Source: Bauldia sp. (lineage in GTDB: Bacteria; Pseudomonadota; Alphaproteobacteria; Rhizobiales; Kaistiaceae). From it: 64,000 nucleotides of DNA. The DNA lies in assembly GCF_020442045.1 (NCBI RefSeq), contig NZ_JAGRLA010000062.1, positions 2,878 to 66,877 on the forward strand, given 5' to 3'. Each line of letters opens with the position of its first letter. Within the stretch, counting starts at the first letter, position 1. This document shows, in pieces, positions 1 to 9,129 of this stretch. A program made the translations under genes and the position numbers. A model generated the notes under the pieces. The model worked only from the letters and a program-made list of their open reading frames with translations, was not told where the DNA came from and did no database searches.

Positions 1-1260
1 GACCTCGACCTCCCTGCTGACCCTCAGGCCGACGATCACGTCGACGATCTTGAGGATGACGAAGGAGGCGATGACGCTCCACAGGATGGTCGCCAGGATG
101 CCATAGACCTGGATTCCGACCTGTCCGGGGTTGCCCTCGAGGAGTCCCGGCGTGCCACCGATCGCCTCGACGGCGAAGACGCCGGTGAGGATGGCGCCGA
201 CGATGCCGCCGACGGCATGGACGCCGAAGGCGTCAAGCGAGTCGTCATAGCCGATGCGCGGCTTGACCCAGACGACCATCCAGAAGCAGACGATGCCGGC
301 GGCGATGCCGATGACCAGGGCGCCGGTCGGCCCGACGAAGCCGGAAGCCGGGGTAATGGCGACAAGGCCGGCGACCGCGCCGGAGACGATACCGAGGACG
401 CTCGCCTTGCCGCGTCCGATCCACTCGGCGAACATCCAGGCCAGCGCCGCGGCCGCGGCCGCGATCTGGGTGACCAGCATCGCCATGCCGGCCGACCGGT
501 TGGCGGCCGCCGCGGAACCGGCGTTGAAGCCGAACCAGCCGACCCAGAGGAGGGAAGCGCCAATCAACGCGAATGCCAGGTTGTAGGGCGCCATATTGTC
601 GTGGCCGTAGCCGATGCGCTTGCCAAGGACGATAGCGCAGACGAGGCCGGCGACACCGGCGTTGATGTGAACGACCGTGCCTCCGGCGAAATCGAGGACG
701 CCGGCCTCGGCAAGGAAGCCGCCGCCCCAGACCCAATGGGTGACCGGCGCGTAGACGACGATACTCCACAGCGCCATGAACCAGAGCATGGCCGAGAATT
801 TCATCCGGTCGGCGAAAGCGCCGCAGATCAGCGCCGGCGTGATGATGGCGAAGGTCATCTGGAACATCAGGAAGACCGTCTCCGGGATGCTGCCGTTGAC
901 GCTGTCGACGCTCACCTTGTTGAGGAAGAAGTTCGACAGGCCACCGACGTAGTCGTTGACCGAGCCGCCGTCGGAGAAGGCCAGCGAATAGCCCGCGACC
1001 ATCCAGATGATGGTCATCAGGCAGGTTATGGCGAAGCTCTGCATGACGGTGGCGAGGAAGTTCTTCTTGCGCACCATGCCCGCATAGAAGAGAGCGAGGC
1101 CGGGGATCGTCATCAGCAGAACCAGGGCGGTCGACGTCAGCATCCAGGCGGTGTCGCCGGAATCGATCGCTGGCGCCTCTTCCTGTGCCAATGCCGACAC
1201 CGAAGCCGCCAGCAGCAGGCCGGCCGCTCCGACGAGCGGCCATGGACTGATCCTTTTCAT
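1..1260 (-). CDS. amtB: Ammonium transporter (Amt family), 3' end runs off the window
   Basis: Hand translation from ATG at 1260: MKRISPW...IDSGDTAWMLTSTALVLLMTIPGLALFYAGMVRKKN...DFAGGTVVHINAG...DAFGVHAVGG. Both pore histidines are present and the frame stays open to base 1. Confidence 0.95.
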   Translation of the reverse strand, partial: MKRISPWPLVGAAGLLLAASVSALAQEEAPAIDSGDTAWMLTSTALVLLMTIPGLALFYAGMVRKKNFLATVMQSFAITCLMTIIWMVAGYSLAFSDGGSVNDYVGGLSNFFLNKVSVDSVNGSIPETVFLMFQMTFAIITPALICGAFADRMKFSAMLWFMALWSIVVYAPVTHWVWGGGFLAEAGVLDFAGGTVVHINAGVAGLVCAIVLGKRIGYGHDNMAPYNLAFALIGASLLWVGWFGFNAGSAAAANRSAGMAMLVTQIAAAAAALAWMFAEWIGRGKASVLGIVSGAVAGLVAITPASGFVGPTGALVIGIAAGIVCFWMVVWVKPRIGYDDSLDAFGVHAVGGIVGAILTGVFAVEAIGGTPGLLEGNPGQVGIQVYGILATILWSVIASFVILKIVDVIVGLRVSREVEV

Positions 1261-1338
1261 TTGCCCCGTCCTCATACTCTTCAAGAATGTCAGATGATCC
1301 CGGTTGCCCGGTGGGAAGTCGTCACCCGCCTGGCGCGA

Positions 1339-1354
1339 TGCAATCCATATGCCG
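1339..1354 (-). promoter_or_regulatory. Sigma54 (-24/-12) promoter of the left amtB
   Basis: Minus strand reads CGGCAT-ATGGA-TTGCA, matching TGGCAC-N5-TTGC, about 80 nt upstream of the start codon. Confidence 0.75.
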
Positions 1355-1407
1355 GGTGCCGCAATATCGAGCATACGGACGCGGTATCCGCGGGAAGCTC
1401 ATAGTCG

Positions 1408-1424
1408 CGCACATTTATTGTGCA
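1408..1424. promoter_or_regulatory. NtrC-type binding site (UAS)
   Basis: CGCAC-ATTTATT-GTGCA fits GCAC-N7-GTGC with an AT-rich core, upstream of the 1339-1354 sigma54 site. A weaker second site follows at about 1427-1443. Confidence 0.65.
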
Positions 1425-1457
1425 TTTGCATCATTCGTGGGCGGGGTGATCGAGCAG

Positions 1458-1492
1458 CAAATAAAGAGGGCCGGCGAATCCCGCCGGCCCCC
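1458..1492 (-). terminator. Rho-independent terminator of the 1548-2894 amt gene
   Basis: GGGCCGGCG/CGCCGGCCC 9-bp stem with 5-nt loop, followed on the minus strand by TCTTTATTT. Confidence 0.7.
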
Positions 1493-1547
1493 TTCCGGTT
1501 TCGTGCGGTTCGGCCCCCACGCCGCCGGCGCCAGGGCCAGGCCGTGG

Positions 1548-2894
1548 CTAGCCGGTCTGGTTCGGCGCGAAGTCGGGATAGGCCTCGATGCCGATTTCCG
1601 CCTTGTCGAGTCCCATGACCTCCTGCTCCTCGGACACCCGGATGCCCATGGTGGCCTTGAGGATGAGCCACAGGATCAGGCTGACGATGAAGACGAAGGC
1701 GCCGATCGAGACGATGCCGACGAACTGGGTGCCGAAGCTGGTCCCCGGGTTGGTGATCGGAACCGCGATGGTGCCCCAGATGCCGGCGACCAGATGGACC
1801 GGGATCGCACCGACGACGTCGTCGATCTTCATGCGGTCGAGGATCGGAACGACGATGACGACGATGATGCCGCCGATACCGCCGATGATCGCTGCCCAGG
1901 GCAGGGAGGGCATCAGCGGCTCCGCGGTGATCGAGACGAGGCCGGCGAGGGCGCCGTTGAGCACCATCGTGATGTCGACCTTCTTGTAGAGGAGCTGGGT
2001 CAGCACCATCGCGGTGATGACGCCGGCCGCCGCCGCGGTGTTGGTGTTGACGAAGATCCGGGCGACCGAGGAGGCATTCTCCATCGAGCCAAGGGCGAGC
2101 TGGGAGCCGCCGTTGAACCCGAACCAGCCGAGCCACAGGATGAAGGTGCCGAGGGTCACCAGCGGCATCGACGAACCGGGCATCGGGTGGATGCTGCCGT
2201 CAGGACCGAACTTGCCCTTGCGCGCGCCGAGGACGAGAGCGCCGGCGAGCGCCGCCCAGCCACCGACCGAGTGGACCAGCGTCGACCCGGCGAAGTCGGA
2301 AAAGCCCATCGCGTAGAGCCAGCCCTGGCCCCATTGCCAGGCGCCGGTGATCGGGTAGATCAGACCGGTGAGGACGACGGTGAAGAGCATGAAGGGCCAG
2401 AGCTTGATGCGCTCGGCGAGGGTGCCGGAGACGATCGAGGCGGTGGTGGCGCAGAACACCATCTGGAAGAACCAGTCGGAGGCGGCCGCGTAGCTGCCGG
2501 GATCGGCATCCGGCGGCGGAATGACCTTCCAGCCGAGGGTGCCGATGAAGCCGCCGTCGACGCCGTCATACATGAGATTGTAGCCGATCAGCCAATACAT
2601 CAGGCCGGCCGTGGCATAGAGCGCGACATTCTTGGTGCACTGCATGGAGACATTCTTGGAGCGCACCATGCCAGCTTCGAGCATAGCGAAGCCCGCCGCC
2701 ATCCACATCACCAGGAAGCCCATGACGAGGAACAGCAGCGTGTTGAAGATGTAGGCGGTGTCCGCGGCGATGGCGAATTCGGATACCACTTCTTCCGCGA
2801 CCTCGGCGTCCTGGCCGAATGCCACGCCGGCGAAGGCGAGCAAGGTAACCGCGGCGGCGCCGACAATCGTCGACTGGCGGGTTGGGTAGTTCAT
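1548..2894 (-). CDS. amtB: Ammonium transporter (second Amt paralogue), 448 aa
   Basis: Motifs WMAAGFAMLEAG, DFAGSTLVHSVGG, LWLGWFGFNGGS and DDVVGAIPVH; SD GAGGAG upstream. Confidence 0.95.
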   Translation of the reverse strand: MNYPTRQSTIVGAAAVTLLAFAGVAFGQDAEVAEEVVSEFAIAADTAYIFNTLLFLVMGFLVMWMAAGFAMLEAGMVRSKNVSMQCTKNVALYATAGLMYWLIGYNLMYDGVDGGFIGTLGWKVIPPPDADPGSYAAASDWFFQMVFCATTASIVSGTLAERIKLWPFMLFTVVLTGLIYPITGAWQWGQGWLYAMGFSDFAGSTLVHSVGGWAALAGALVLGARKGKFGPDGSIHPMPGSSMPLVTLGTFILWLGWFGFNGGSQLALGSMENASSVARIFVNTNTAAAAGVITAMVLTQLLYKKVDITMVLNGALAGLVSITAEPLMPSLPWAAIIGGIGGIIVVIVVPILDRMKIDDVVGAIPVHLVAGIWGTIAVPITNPGTSFGTQFVGIVSIGAFVFIVSLILWLILKATMGIRVSEEQEVMGLDKAEIGIEAYPDFAPNQTG

Positions 2895-2984
2895 AGACTC
2901 TCTCCTCTGGGAACCAGGATGTTCCGTCGTGCCGGGAGGGTTGGCAGCACGGATGGCTTCAAGGCAATCACCGTCTCGGCTTGT

Positions 2985-3001
2985 TGCACAGTAATTGGGC
3001 G
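2985..3001. promoter_or_regulatory. NtrC-like site inside the predicted 5' UTR of the 1548-2894 amt gene
   Basis: TGCAC-AGTAATT-GGGCG, lying downstream of the 3028-3043 sigma54 site. Confidence 0.4.
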
Positions 3002-3027
3002 GCGATGGCCGCCGCTACGGAGGGAGT

Positions 3028-3043
3028 AGCAATCGGCGTGCCA
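3028..3043 (-). promoter_or_regulatory. Sigma54 (-24/-12) promoter of the 1548-2894 amt gene
   Basis: Minus strand reads TGGCAC-GCCGA-TTGCT, a perfect consensus match. Confidence 0.85.
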
Positions 3044-3073
3044 TGCCCGTTTCCGTCTCCAAAAAACTATATA

Positions 3074-3086
3074 TATCAATATTTTA
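3074..3086. promoter_or_regulatory. IHF binding site
   Basis: TATCAATATTTTA matches WATCAANNNNTTR within a very AT-rich patch (3061-3100) between the sigma54 site and the candidate UAS. Confidence 0.6.
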
Positions 3087-3129
3087 TATGGAAAATGGAG
3101 ATCGTCTCCAAAGTCGAAAACCGAGCCGA

Positions 3130-3146
3130 TGCCTAACAGAGAAGCA
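3130..3146. promoter_or_regulatory. Candidate NtrC UAS
   Basis: TGCCT-AACAGAG-AAGCA (TGC-N11-GCA), about 115-130 nt upstream of the predicted start site. Confidence 0.4.
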
Positions 3147-3398
3147 GCAAATCGGCGGCATCGATCCGCCCCGGACCCGGAGAGGTCGCGGTGATTGAAA
3201 GGAGGGGGCAACGGCTGGCATGCGGACCGCGGTGGCGCGCCGTCGGAGCCGGGCAGACCGGGACCTGTGCGCGACCAAAGGGATCGCGGGCGGCGCAATC
3301 GTGCCGGCGCGGGAGGCCGGAAATACGGCGTCGAATGGATTGCTTCAGGGGCGGGATGCGGCGGTTCGCACTGACGATGCGAATGCCGGAATCCGATG

Positions 3399-3428
3399 CA
3401 GAAACGGCGCCTCCAGGGGGGGCGCCGT
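3399..3428 (-). terminator. Terminator-like hairpin after glnK
   Basis: ACGGCGCC/GGCGCCGT stem followed by TTCTG on the minus strand, 45 nt after the glnK stop. Confidence 0.5.
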
Positions 3429-3472
3429 CCGCAGGTCCGTTCGCCCCTGTCGAGCGGCGTCGGCGGAAAAGC

Positions 3473-3862
<390 letters not shown>

Positions 3863-3919
3863 CTAGTGATCCATGCCGGACCGACGGCGCGCACCGCCGA
3901 TGTCGACCGGGCCTCACCA

Positions 3920-3935
3920 ATCAAGGTCTGTGCCA
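3920..3935 (-). promoter_or_regulatory. Sigma54-like promoter of glnK
   Basis: Minus strand reads TGGCAC-AGACC-TTGAT: perfect -24 element, with TTGA instead of TTGC at -12. Confidence 0.6.
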
Positions 3936-3954
3936 GTTGGAGACAAGCCCGAAA

Positions 3955-3983
3955 AACGCCAATTCGACCGGCGAATTGGCGTT
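3955..3983. repeat. Perfect 12-bp inverted repeat between tesB and the glnK promoter
   Basis: AACGCCAATTCG-ACCGG-CGAATTGGCGTT. Confidence 0.8.
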
Positions 3984-4017
3984 GAAAACCAGGCCCGACG
4001 GCCTTCATGCGCGAAAA

Positions 4018-4034
4018 TGATCGATTCTTGTGCA
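4018..4034. promoter_or_regulatory. Candidate NtrC UAS for glnK
   Basis: Minus strand reads TGCAC-AAGAATC-GATCA, about 110-125 nt upstream of the predicted start site. Confidence 0.4.
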
Positions 4035-4047
4035 GAACGAAGCGGCG

Positions 4048-4914
4048 TCAGGCCCGTTCCGGCCGAAGCCGGATCAGCCCCTCCTGCGCCACCGAGGCGA
4101 CCAGCGTGCCGTCCCGCCGGAACAGGCTGCCGCGGGTCAGGCCGCGCGATCCGGAAGCCGAGGGGCTGTCCATCGCGTAAAGCAGCCATTCGTCGGCACG
4201 GAAGGGGCGATGAAGCCAGAGCGAATGATCGAGGCTGGCGACCTGCAGGTCGCGGTCGAAGATCATCCGGCCATGGGCGAAGAGCGCGGTGTCGAGCAGC
4301 GTCATGTCGGAGGCATAGGCGAGGACGCAGCGGTGGATCTCCGGATCGTCGGGGAGACTGCCGGTGGTCCTGATCCAGATCGCCTGGGCGGGCTCGAGCT
4401 TGTCGCGGCTGATATAGTGGCGCAGGTCGGTCGGCCTGAGCTCGATCGGCCGGTCGCGCTCCCAGTAACGGCGCACGCCCTCCGGCGCGTCCTTGAGGAA
4501 GGCCGCCTTGATGTCCGCCTCGCTCGGCAGGTCCTCCGGCGCGGGGACGTCGGGCATCGGGATCTGGTGGTCGAGGCCCTCCTCCTCGACCTGGAAGGAC
4601 GCGGCCATGGAGAAGATGGCGTGGCCATGCTGGACGGCGACGACCCGCCGGGTGGTGAAGCTCTTGCCGTCGCGGATGCGATCGACCTCGTAGATGATCG
4701 GCACCTTGGGGTCGCCGGGGCGCATGAAATAGCAGTGCAGCGAATGGACCGAACGGCCCTCGACGGTCCTGGCCGCGGCGACCAGCGCCTGGCCGATGAC
4801 CTGTCCGCCGAAGACGCGCTGCCAGCCGACCTGCGGACTGCGGCCACGGAACAGGTTGTGTTCCAGCGGCTCGAGGTCGAGTATGGAAAGGAGCGTTTCA
4901 ACGGCGCTCGACAT
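4048..4914 (-). CDS. tesB: Acyl-CoA thioesterase II
   Basis: RVFGGQVIGQAL, HSLHCYF, YASDMTLL and ASLDHSLWLH motifs of the double hotdog fold. Confidence 0.93.
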   Translation of the reverse strand: MSSAVETLLSILDLEPLEHNLFRGRSPQVGWQRVFGGQVIGQALVAAARTVEGRSVHSLHCYFMRPGDPKVPIIYEVDRIRDGKSFTTRRVVAVQHGHAIFSMAASFQVEEEGLDHQIPMPDVPAPEDLPSEADIKAAFLKDAPEGVRRYWERDRPIELRPTDLRHYISRDKLEPAQAIWIRTTGSLPDDPEIHRCVLAYASDMTLLDTALFAHGRMIFDRDLQVASLDHSLWLHRPFRADEWLLYAMDSPSASGSRGLTRGSLFRRDGTLVASVAQEGLIRLRPERA

Positions 4915-5001
4915 GGCAATCCGGGCCTCGTTTGCGGGGGCCTTTTCGACCAGCCCGGCACCACCGTGTCAAGCGGACGAGGACGAAAGAGCAGCAGGCC
5001 G

Positions 5002-6228
5002 ATGGCGACCGAGATGGAATCAGATGTCGTGATAGCGGGCGGCGGGCATGTCGGCCTGTCGCTGGCGCTGGCGCTTGGCGCAGCGATGCCGTCGCTGACG
5101 GTGACGCTGGTCGACGCGGCGCCGCCGGAGGCCGCGACGCGCGACACCCGCGCCTCGGCGATCGCGGCGGCCGGCCGGCGGATGCTGATGCGCCTCGGCG
5201 TGTGGGACGAGATGAAGCCGGACGCGGAAGCGATCACCGAGATGGTGATCACCGACAGCCGCACCGGCGATGCGGTCCGGCCGGTCTTCCTGACCTTCGG
5301 CGGCAAGGTCGAGGACGGGCAGCCCTTCGCCCATATGGTGATGAATGCGTCGATGATCGGGGCGCTGCGCCGCGGCGCCGAGGCGGCGGGCGCTCGGCTC
5401 GTCGCGCCGCAGACCGTCCGCGACTTCACGGTCGGCGCCAGCGCGGTGACGGTGGAGCTGGGCAATGGCGACCGGATCAGGGCGCGGCTGCTGGTCGCCG
5501 CCGACGGCGTGCGCTCGCGGCTCCGCGCGCTTGCCGGGATCAGTACGGTCGGCTGGTCCTACGGCCAGTCGGGCATCGTCGTGACGGTGGCCCATGAGCG
5601 GCCGCACCACGGACGGGCGATCGAGCATTTCCTGCCGGGCGGGCCCTTCGCCATGCTGCCGCTTCCCGACAACCGCTCGTCGCTGGTCTGGACCGAGCGA
5701 ACGGAGACGGCCGACCGGCTGGTCAAGGGCGATGCCGACGTCTTCCAGTACGAGCTCGAACGACGCTTCGGCCATCAGCTCGGCGCCATCCATCCGGTGG
5801 GCCGCCCGCGCGCCTTCCCGCTCGGGCTGACGCTCGCCCGCTCCTTCGTCAAGCCGCGCTTCGCGCTCTGTGGCGATGCCGCGCATGGGATCCACCCGAT
5901 CGCCGGACAGGGGCTCAATCTCGGCTATCGCGACGTCGCAGCGCTGGCCGAGACAATCGTCGAGGCCGAGCGTCTCGGGCTCGACATCGGCTCGCTGGCG
6001 GTGCTCGAGCGCTACCAGAGCTGGCGGCGCTTCGACACGGTCGAGATGGGCGCCACCACCGATATCCTCAACCGGCTCTTTTCCAACGACAATCCCGTGC
6101 TTCGCTTCGGGCGGGATGTCGGCCTTGGCCTCGTCGACCGGCTGCCGGCGCTGAAGAAGATGTTCATCGGCCAGGCCGCCGGAAACGGCGGCGACCTGCC
6201 ACGTCTGCTGCGCGGCGAGGCGATCTAG
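5002..6228 (+). CDS. ubiH: FAD-dependent ubiquinone-biosynthesis hydroxylase (UbiH/UbiL family)
   Basis: DVVIAGGGHVG Rossmann motif, LLVAADG and GDAAHGIHPIAGQGLNLG. The start is ATG 5002 or 5014, not 4030 as in the ORF track. Confidence 0.85.
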   Translation: MATEMESDVVIAGGGHVGLSLALALGAAMPSLTVTLVDAAPPEAATRDTRASAIAAAGRRMLMRLGVWDEMKPDAEAITEMVITDSRTGDAVRPVFLTFGGKVEDGQPFAHMVMNASMIGALRRGAEAAGARLVAPQTVRDFTVGASAVTVELGNGDRIRARLLVAADGVRSRLRALAGISTVGWSYGQSGIVVTVAHERPHHGRAIEHFLPGGPFAMLPLPDNRSSLVWTERTETADRLVKGDADVFQYELERRFGHQLGAIHPVGRPRAFPLGLTLARSFVKPRFALCGDAAHGIHPIAGQGLNLGYRDVAALAETIVEAERLGLDIGSLAVLERYQSWRRFDTVEMGATTDILNRLFSNDNPVLRFGRDVGLGLVDRLPALKKMFIGQAAGNGGDLPRLLRGEAI

Positions 6229-6229
6229 G

Positions 6230-6961
6230 CTAGGCCGGGTCGGTACCGCCTCGCGGCTTGCCTTGGTCCGCAACCTTCGCGAGGCCGTCGACCAGCCGGC
6301 CGATGACCCCGGCGAGCGGGGCGGACCGGATGCCGCCAAGGGCGGTGTCGCCCGGAGGGTGATCGGCGAGGCCCGACCAGAGCAGGCGTGGCGGTGTCCG
6401 GTCCGACGGGTCGACATAGATGATCGGGATGTCTCTCGCGGCGGCGCGCCGGAGCAGGTCGGTGGTTCCGCCCTTTCCGCCTGACGGTCCGCCGTCCCAG
6501 ACGCCGAGGATGATGTCGGCGGTGTCGAGAATGACGCGGCCGACCGGATCATAGTCGCGGGCGGGAGCGTGATAATCGCCGGGCAGGATCTCGACCCTGC
6601 TCGCCGCGTCGATCAGTTGGCGATACTCCGTCCGCGAGGCCGGCTCGGCGAAATCCCGCTCATAGTCGGCGACGGGAAAAGGCAGGACGACGTCGAGCGC
6701 GATGCCGTTCCGCACCGCCGAACGGGCGGCGATACGGTCGGCGCCTTCGGCGAGGGCGGAGATCAGTGTCAGCGAGGCGGGTCCGTCTGCAGGGGCGGAG
6801 CGATGGCGCCGCTGCGCTTCCTCGGCCGCATGCCTGAGCGACAGAAGGATCCCGTCGATTCGCGCCTCGATGGCGGCTGTCTCCTGGGGCAGGCGGTTCG
6901 GCCGATGGCCGATGATGCCGACCGAGAGGCCGAATGCTGGCTTGGGGGAATTGCTGGTCAT
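6230..6961 (-). CDS. SLOG-superfamily (DprA/LOG/YspA-like) nucleotide-binding domain protein, 243 aa
   Basis: GIIGHRP, ISALAEGADRIAA and DIILGVWDGGPSGGKGGTTD are the characteristic SLOG motif set; no additional domain recognised. Confidence 0.7.
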   Translation of the reverse strand: MTSNSPKPAFGLSVGIIGHRPNRLPQETAAIEARIDGILLSLRHAAEEAQRRHRSAPADGPASLTLISALAEGADRIAARSAVRNGIALDVVLPFPVADYERDFAEPASRTEYRQLIDAASRVEILPGDYHAPARDYDPVGRVILDTADIILGVWDGGPSGGKGGTTDLLRRAAARDIPIIYVDPSDRTPPRLLWSGLADHPPGDTALGGIRSAPLAGVIGRLVDGLAKVADQGKPRGGTDPA

Positions 6962-7011
6962 TCAACCGGTGGTCTCGGGAAGGGCGATGTCAGGTATCGC
7001 GGCAGGGGTGC

Positions 7012-9129
7012 CTAGCGCAAGCCGCTTTGCGCGGCCTGGACCTCGGCCAGCCCGCGGATCGCATCGGGCGAGCCGGTGCCGGCGGCTGCCTGGAAGATGC
7101 GCCTGGCGTCGGCATAGCGCCGCATCTTCAGATAGGCCCAGCCGCGCAGGACGAGGAGGTCGTTCTGCTCCTGCGCATACTGGTTGCGGGCATCGAGCGC
7201 CAGGATGGTTTCCGCATAGCGGCCCTCGGCATAGAGGGCCAGGGCCTGCTGGGTGAGCACGCTGGTCATCAGCTCGGTCTGGCGCTTCGACGACTGCGGG
7301 GCGGACGCCGCGGCAACCGCCGCCTTGTCGGTGACGCCGGAGCGGAGGTTGGCAAGCGACGCGCCGTAGGCCGCATCGGAACGAACCTTGGCGTTTGGCG
7401 ACCGCATCGCGATCTCGAAGGCGGCGGCGGCCTCGACCGGCCGGTTGAGGTCCATGAGGCACCAGCCGCGCGGCAGCGCCTGGGTCGGCGTCAGGGTGTT
7501 GACCGGAGCCGAGCCGCCGCAGCGCGCCGGCGCCGCGGCCGGCGCGGCTGTCCTGCGGACAGGGGTCCTGACGATGCCGCCTTCGTCATAGACGGGGGCG
7601 TCGATGGTGTAGTTCGGTCCGCGGAGCTCGGTACGGCTGCCCGGCTTGCCGAGCTTCGCAATGCGCTCGGAGCGGTCCGCCCATTCGCGGATGACGACAT
7701 TGGCGCCGGTGCGATCCTTCAGGGCGAGCCGGGTGACCGCCAGGCCGTAGGCGGCCGACTCGTCCTCCGGATCCCATCTCAGCACGGTCTCGAACCACCG
7801 CGTCGCGGTCTTGATCTGTTTGAGGTTGTAGGCGTACCAGCCGAGCTGTTCGCCGGCGGCGGGGTCCCGCGCCTTGACGACCACGGAGACGATCCGTTCG
7901 AGGGTCGATTCCGATACCCTCGGCGGCGGGTCCATCGAAAGGAGTCCGACGACCGATCCGAGATAGGCGGCGAGATTGTCCTCCGTCGCGTCGGCCCAGT
8001 CGTAGCCAAAGGTCTCGGCTTCGGCGAAGCGATCGAGCTGGTTGAGGGACAGGGCATAGCCTTCGGCCGCCTTGGCGCTTTCGGGCGCCCGCTCCCGCGC
8101 ATCGGTGAACCAGTCGAGGGCGACGCCGGGCTTGTCGCGGCGGTAATAGTACCAGCCGAGCAGCGCGGGGTCGCCGCTATCGGCCGCCGCCCTGGCGAGG
8201 TCCTCGAGGCGGGTGAGGTCGGCGGGGTCGGCAAGGCCCTCTTCCGTCTCGGCTATCTTGCCAACGCGCCTGCGGATCTGGTCATCGCGGGCGGCGGCGA
8301 ATTCGTCGCCGCGCTCGAAGGTGAAGAGGGTGTCGGAGTCCTTCTCCGGCAGGAGCGCGACGGCCTTGCGGATCGTCGCCAGCCTTTCCTGGGGGTTATC
8401 GCAATTGGCCAGGATATAGGCGTAGGCGTCCTCGGCGCGGTTCGGCCGGTCGGTGTTGGCGAATGCCTCGGCGACCCGCCACAGCACGTCGACATAGTCG
8501 CAGGTGAGCAGGCTCGGCGTCTTCGCGGCGATATCGACGACGGCGCCCCATTGCTTGGCGTCCGAGGCGTTGGTGAGCCGGATCCGGGTGTCGGTCTGGT
8601 CGAGAAGCTGCACCAGCGCATCGGGCGGCTGCCATTGCGGCTCCTTCTTGCGGCGATCGGCGATTGCCGCGCGAACCTCGGCGTAGCGGCCCTCGGAGAA
8701 GAGCTGCCACATGCGGTCGAGCTCGTGGTCGGCATAGTCGACGGGGGCAAGCGGATCGGCCGGCGGTTGCCAGCCCGGATAGATCGCCCGCAGCCGGGCG
8801 ATCTCGGCTTCGAGCCGCCGGGCATCTCCCTGACGGGCGAAATAGCGCAACGCCGACTCGTCGACGTCCCCGCTGCGACGGTCCGTCGGCGGCGGGCTGG
8901 CCGTGCCGGGCGAATTGAGCTGGGTGTTCCGCGGAAGCTCGTCCGGCATCGCCTGGGTGATGACCAGCGGCCCCGCATCGGTGCGCCGCGCGGACGGAAT
9001 GGCGGTGCCGATCGCGCCGGTGGTGAGATCATCGACCCCGGGCGGGGTCGGCGGCATCAGGCCCTCCGTGACGATCCAGGTGGCGACGCCGGCGACCACC
9101 ACCAGTTGGACGAGTGTCTTCACAGACAT
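7012..9129 (-). CDS. TPR-repeat cellulose biosynthesis protein (BcsK/CelG-like, resembling the BcsC N-terminus), 705 aa
   Basis: N-terminal hydrophobic anchor; VDESALRYFARQGD...EAEIARLRAIYPGW and repeated LGWYxY TPR helices; overlaps the bcsZ stop; no beta-barrel region evident. Confidence 0.7.
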   Translation of the reverse strand: MSVKTLVQLVVVAGVATWIVTEGLMPPTPPGVDDLTTGAIGTAIPSARRTDAGPLVITQAMPDELPRNTQLNSPGTASPPPTDRRSGDVDESALRYFARQGDARRLEAEIARLRAIYPGWQPPADPLAPVDYADHELDRMWQLFSEGRYAEVRAAIADRRKKEPQWQPPDALVQLLDQTDTRIRLTNASDAKQWGAVVDIAAKTPSLLTCDYVDVLWRVAEAFANTDRPNRAEDAYAYILANCDNPQERLATIRKAVALLPEKDSDTLFTFERGDEFAAARDDQIRRRVGKIAETEEGLADPADLTRLEDLARAAADSGDPALLGWYYYRRDKPGVALDWFTDARERAPESAKAAEGYALSLNQLDRFAEAETFGYDWADATEDNLAAYLGSVVGLLSMDPPPRVSESTLERIVSVVVKARDPAAGEQLGWYAYNLKQIKTATRWFETVLRWDPEDESAAYGLAVTRLALKDRTGANVVIREWADRSERIAKLGKPGSRTELRGPNYTIDAPVYDEGGIVRTPVRRTAAPAAAPARCGGSAPVNTLTPTQALPRGWCLMDLNRPVEAAAAFEIAMRSPNAKVRSDAAYGASLANLRSGVTDKAAVAAASAPQSSKRQTELMTSVLTQQALALYAEGRYAETILALDARNQYAQEQNDLLVLRGWAYLKMRRYADARRIFQAAAGTGSPDAIRGLAEVQAAQSGLR

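Noticed and set aside
217-3029. Long plus-strand ORFs (217-1404, 1287-3029)
   Set aside because: Antisense shadows of the amt genes caused by high-GC codon bias; no motifs.
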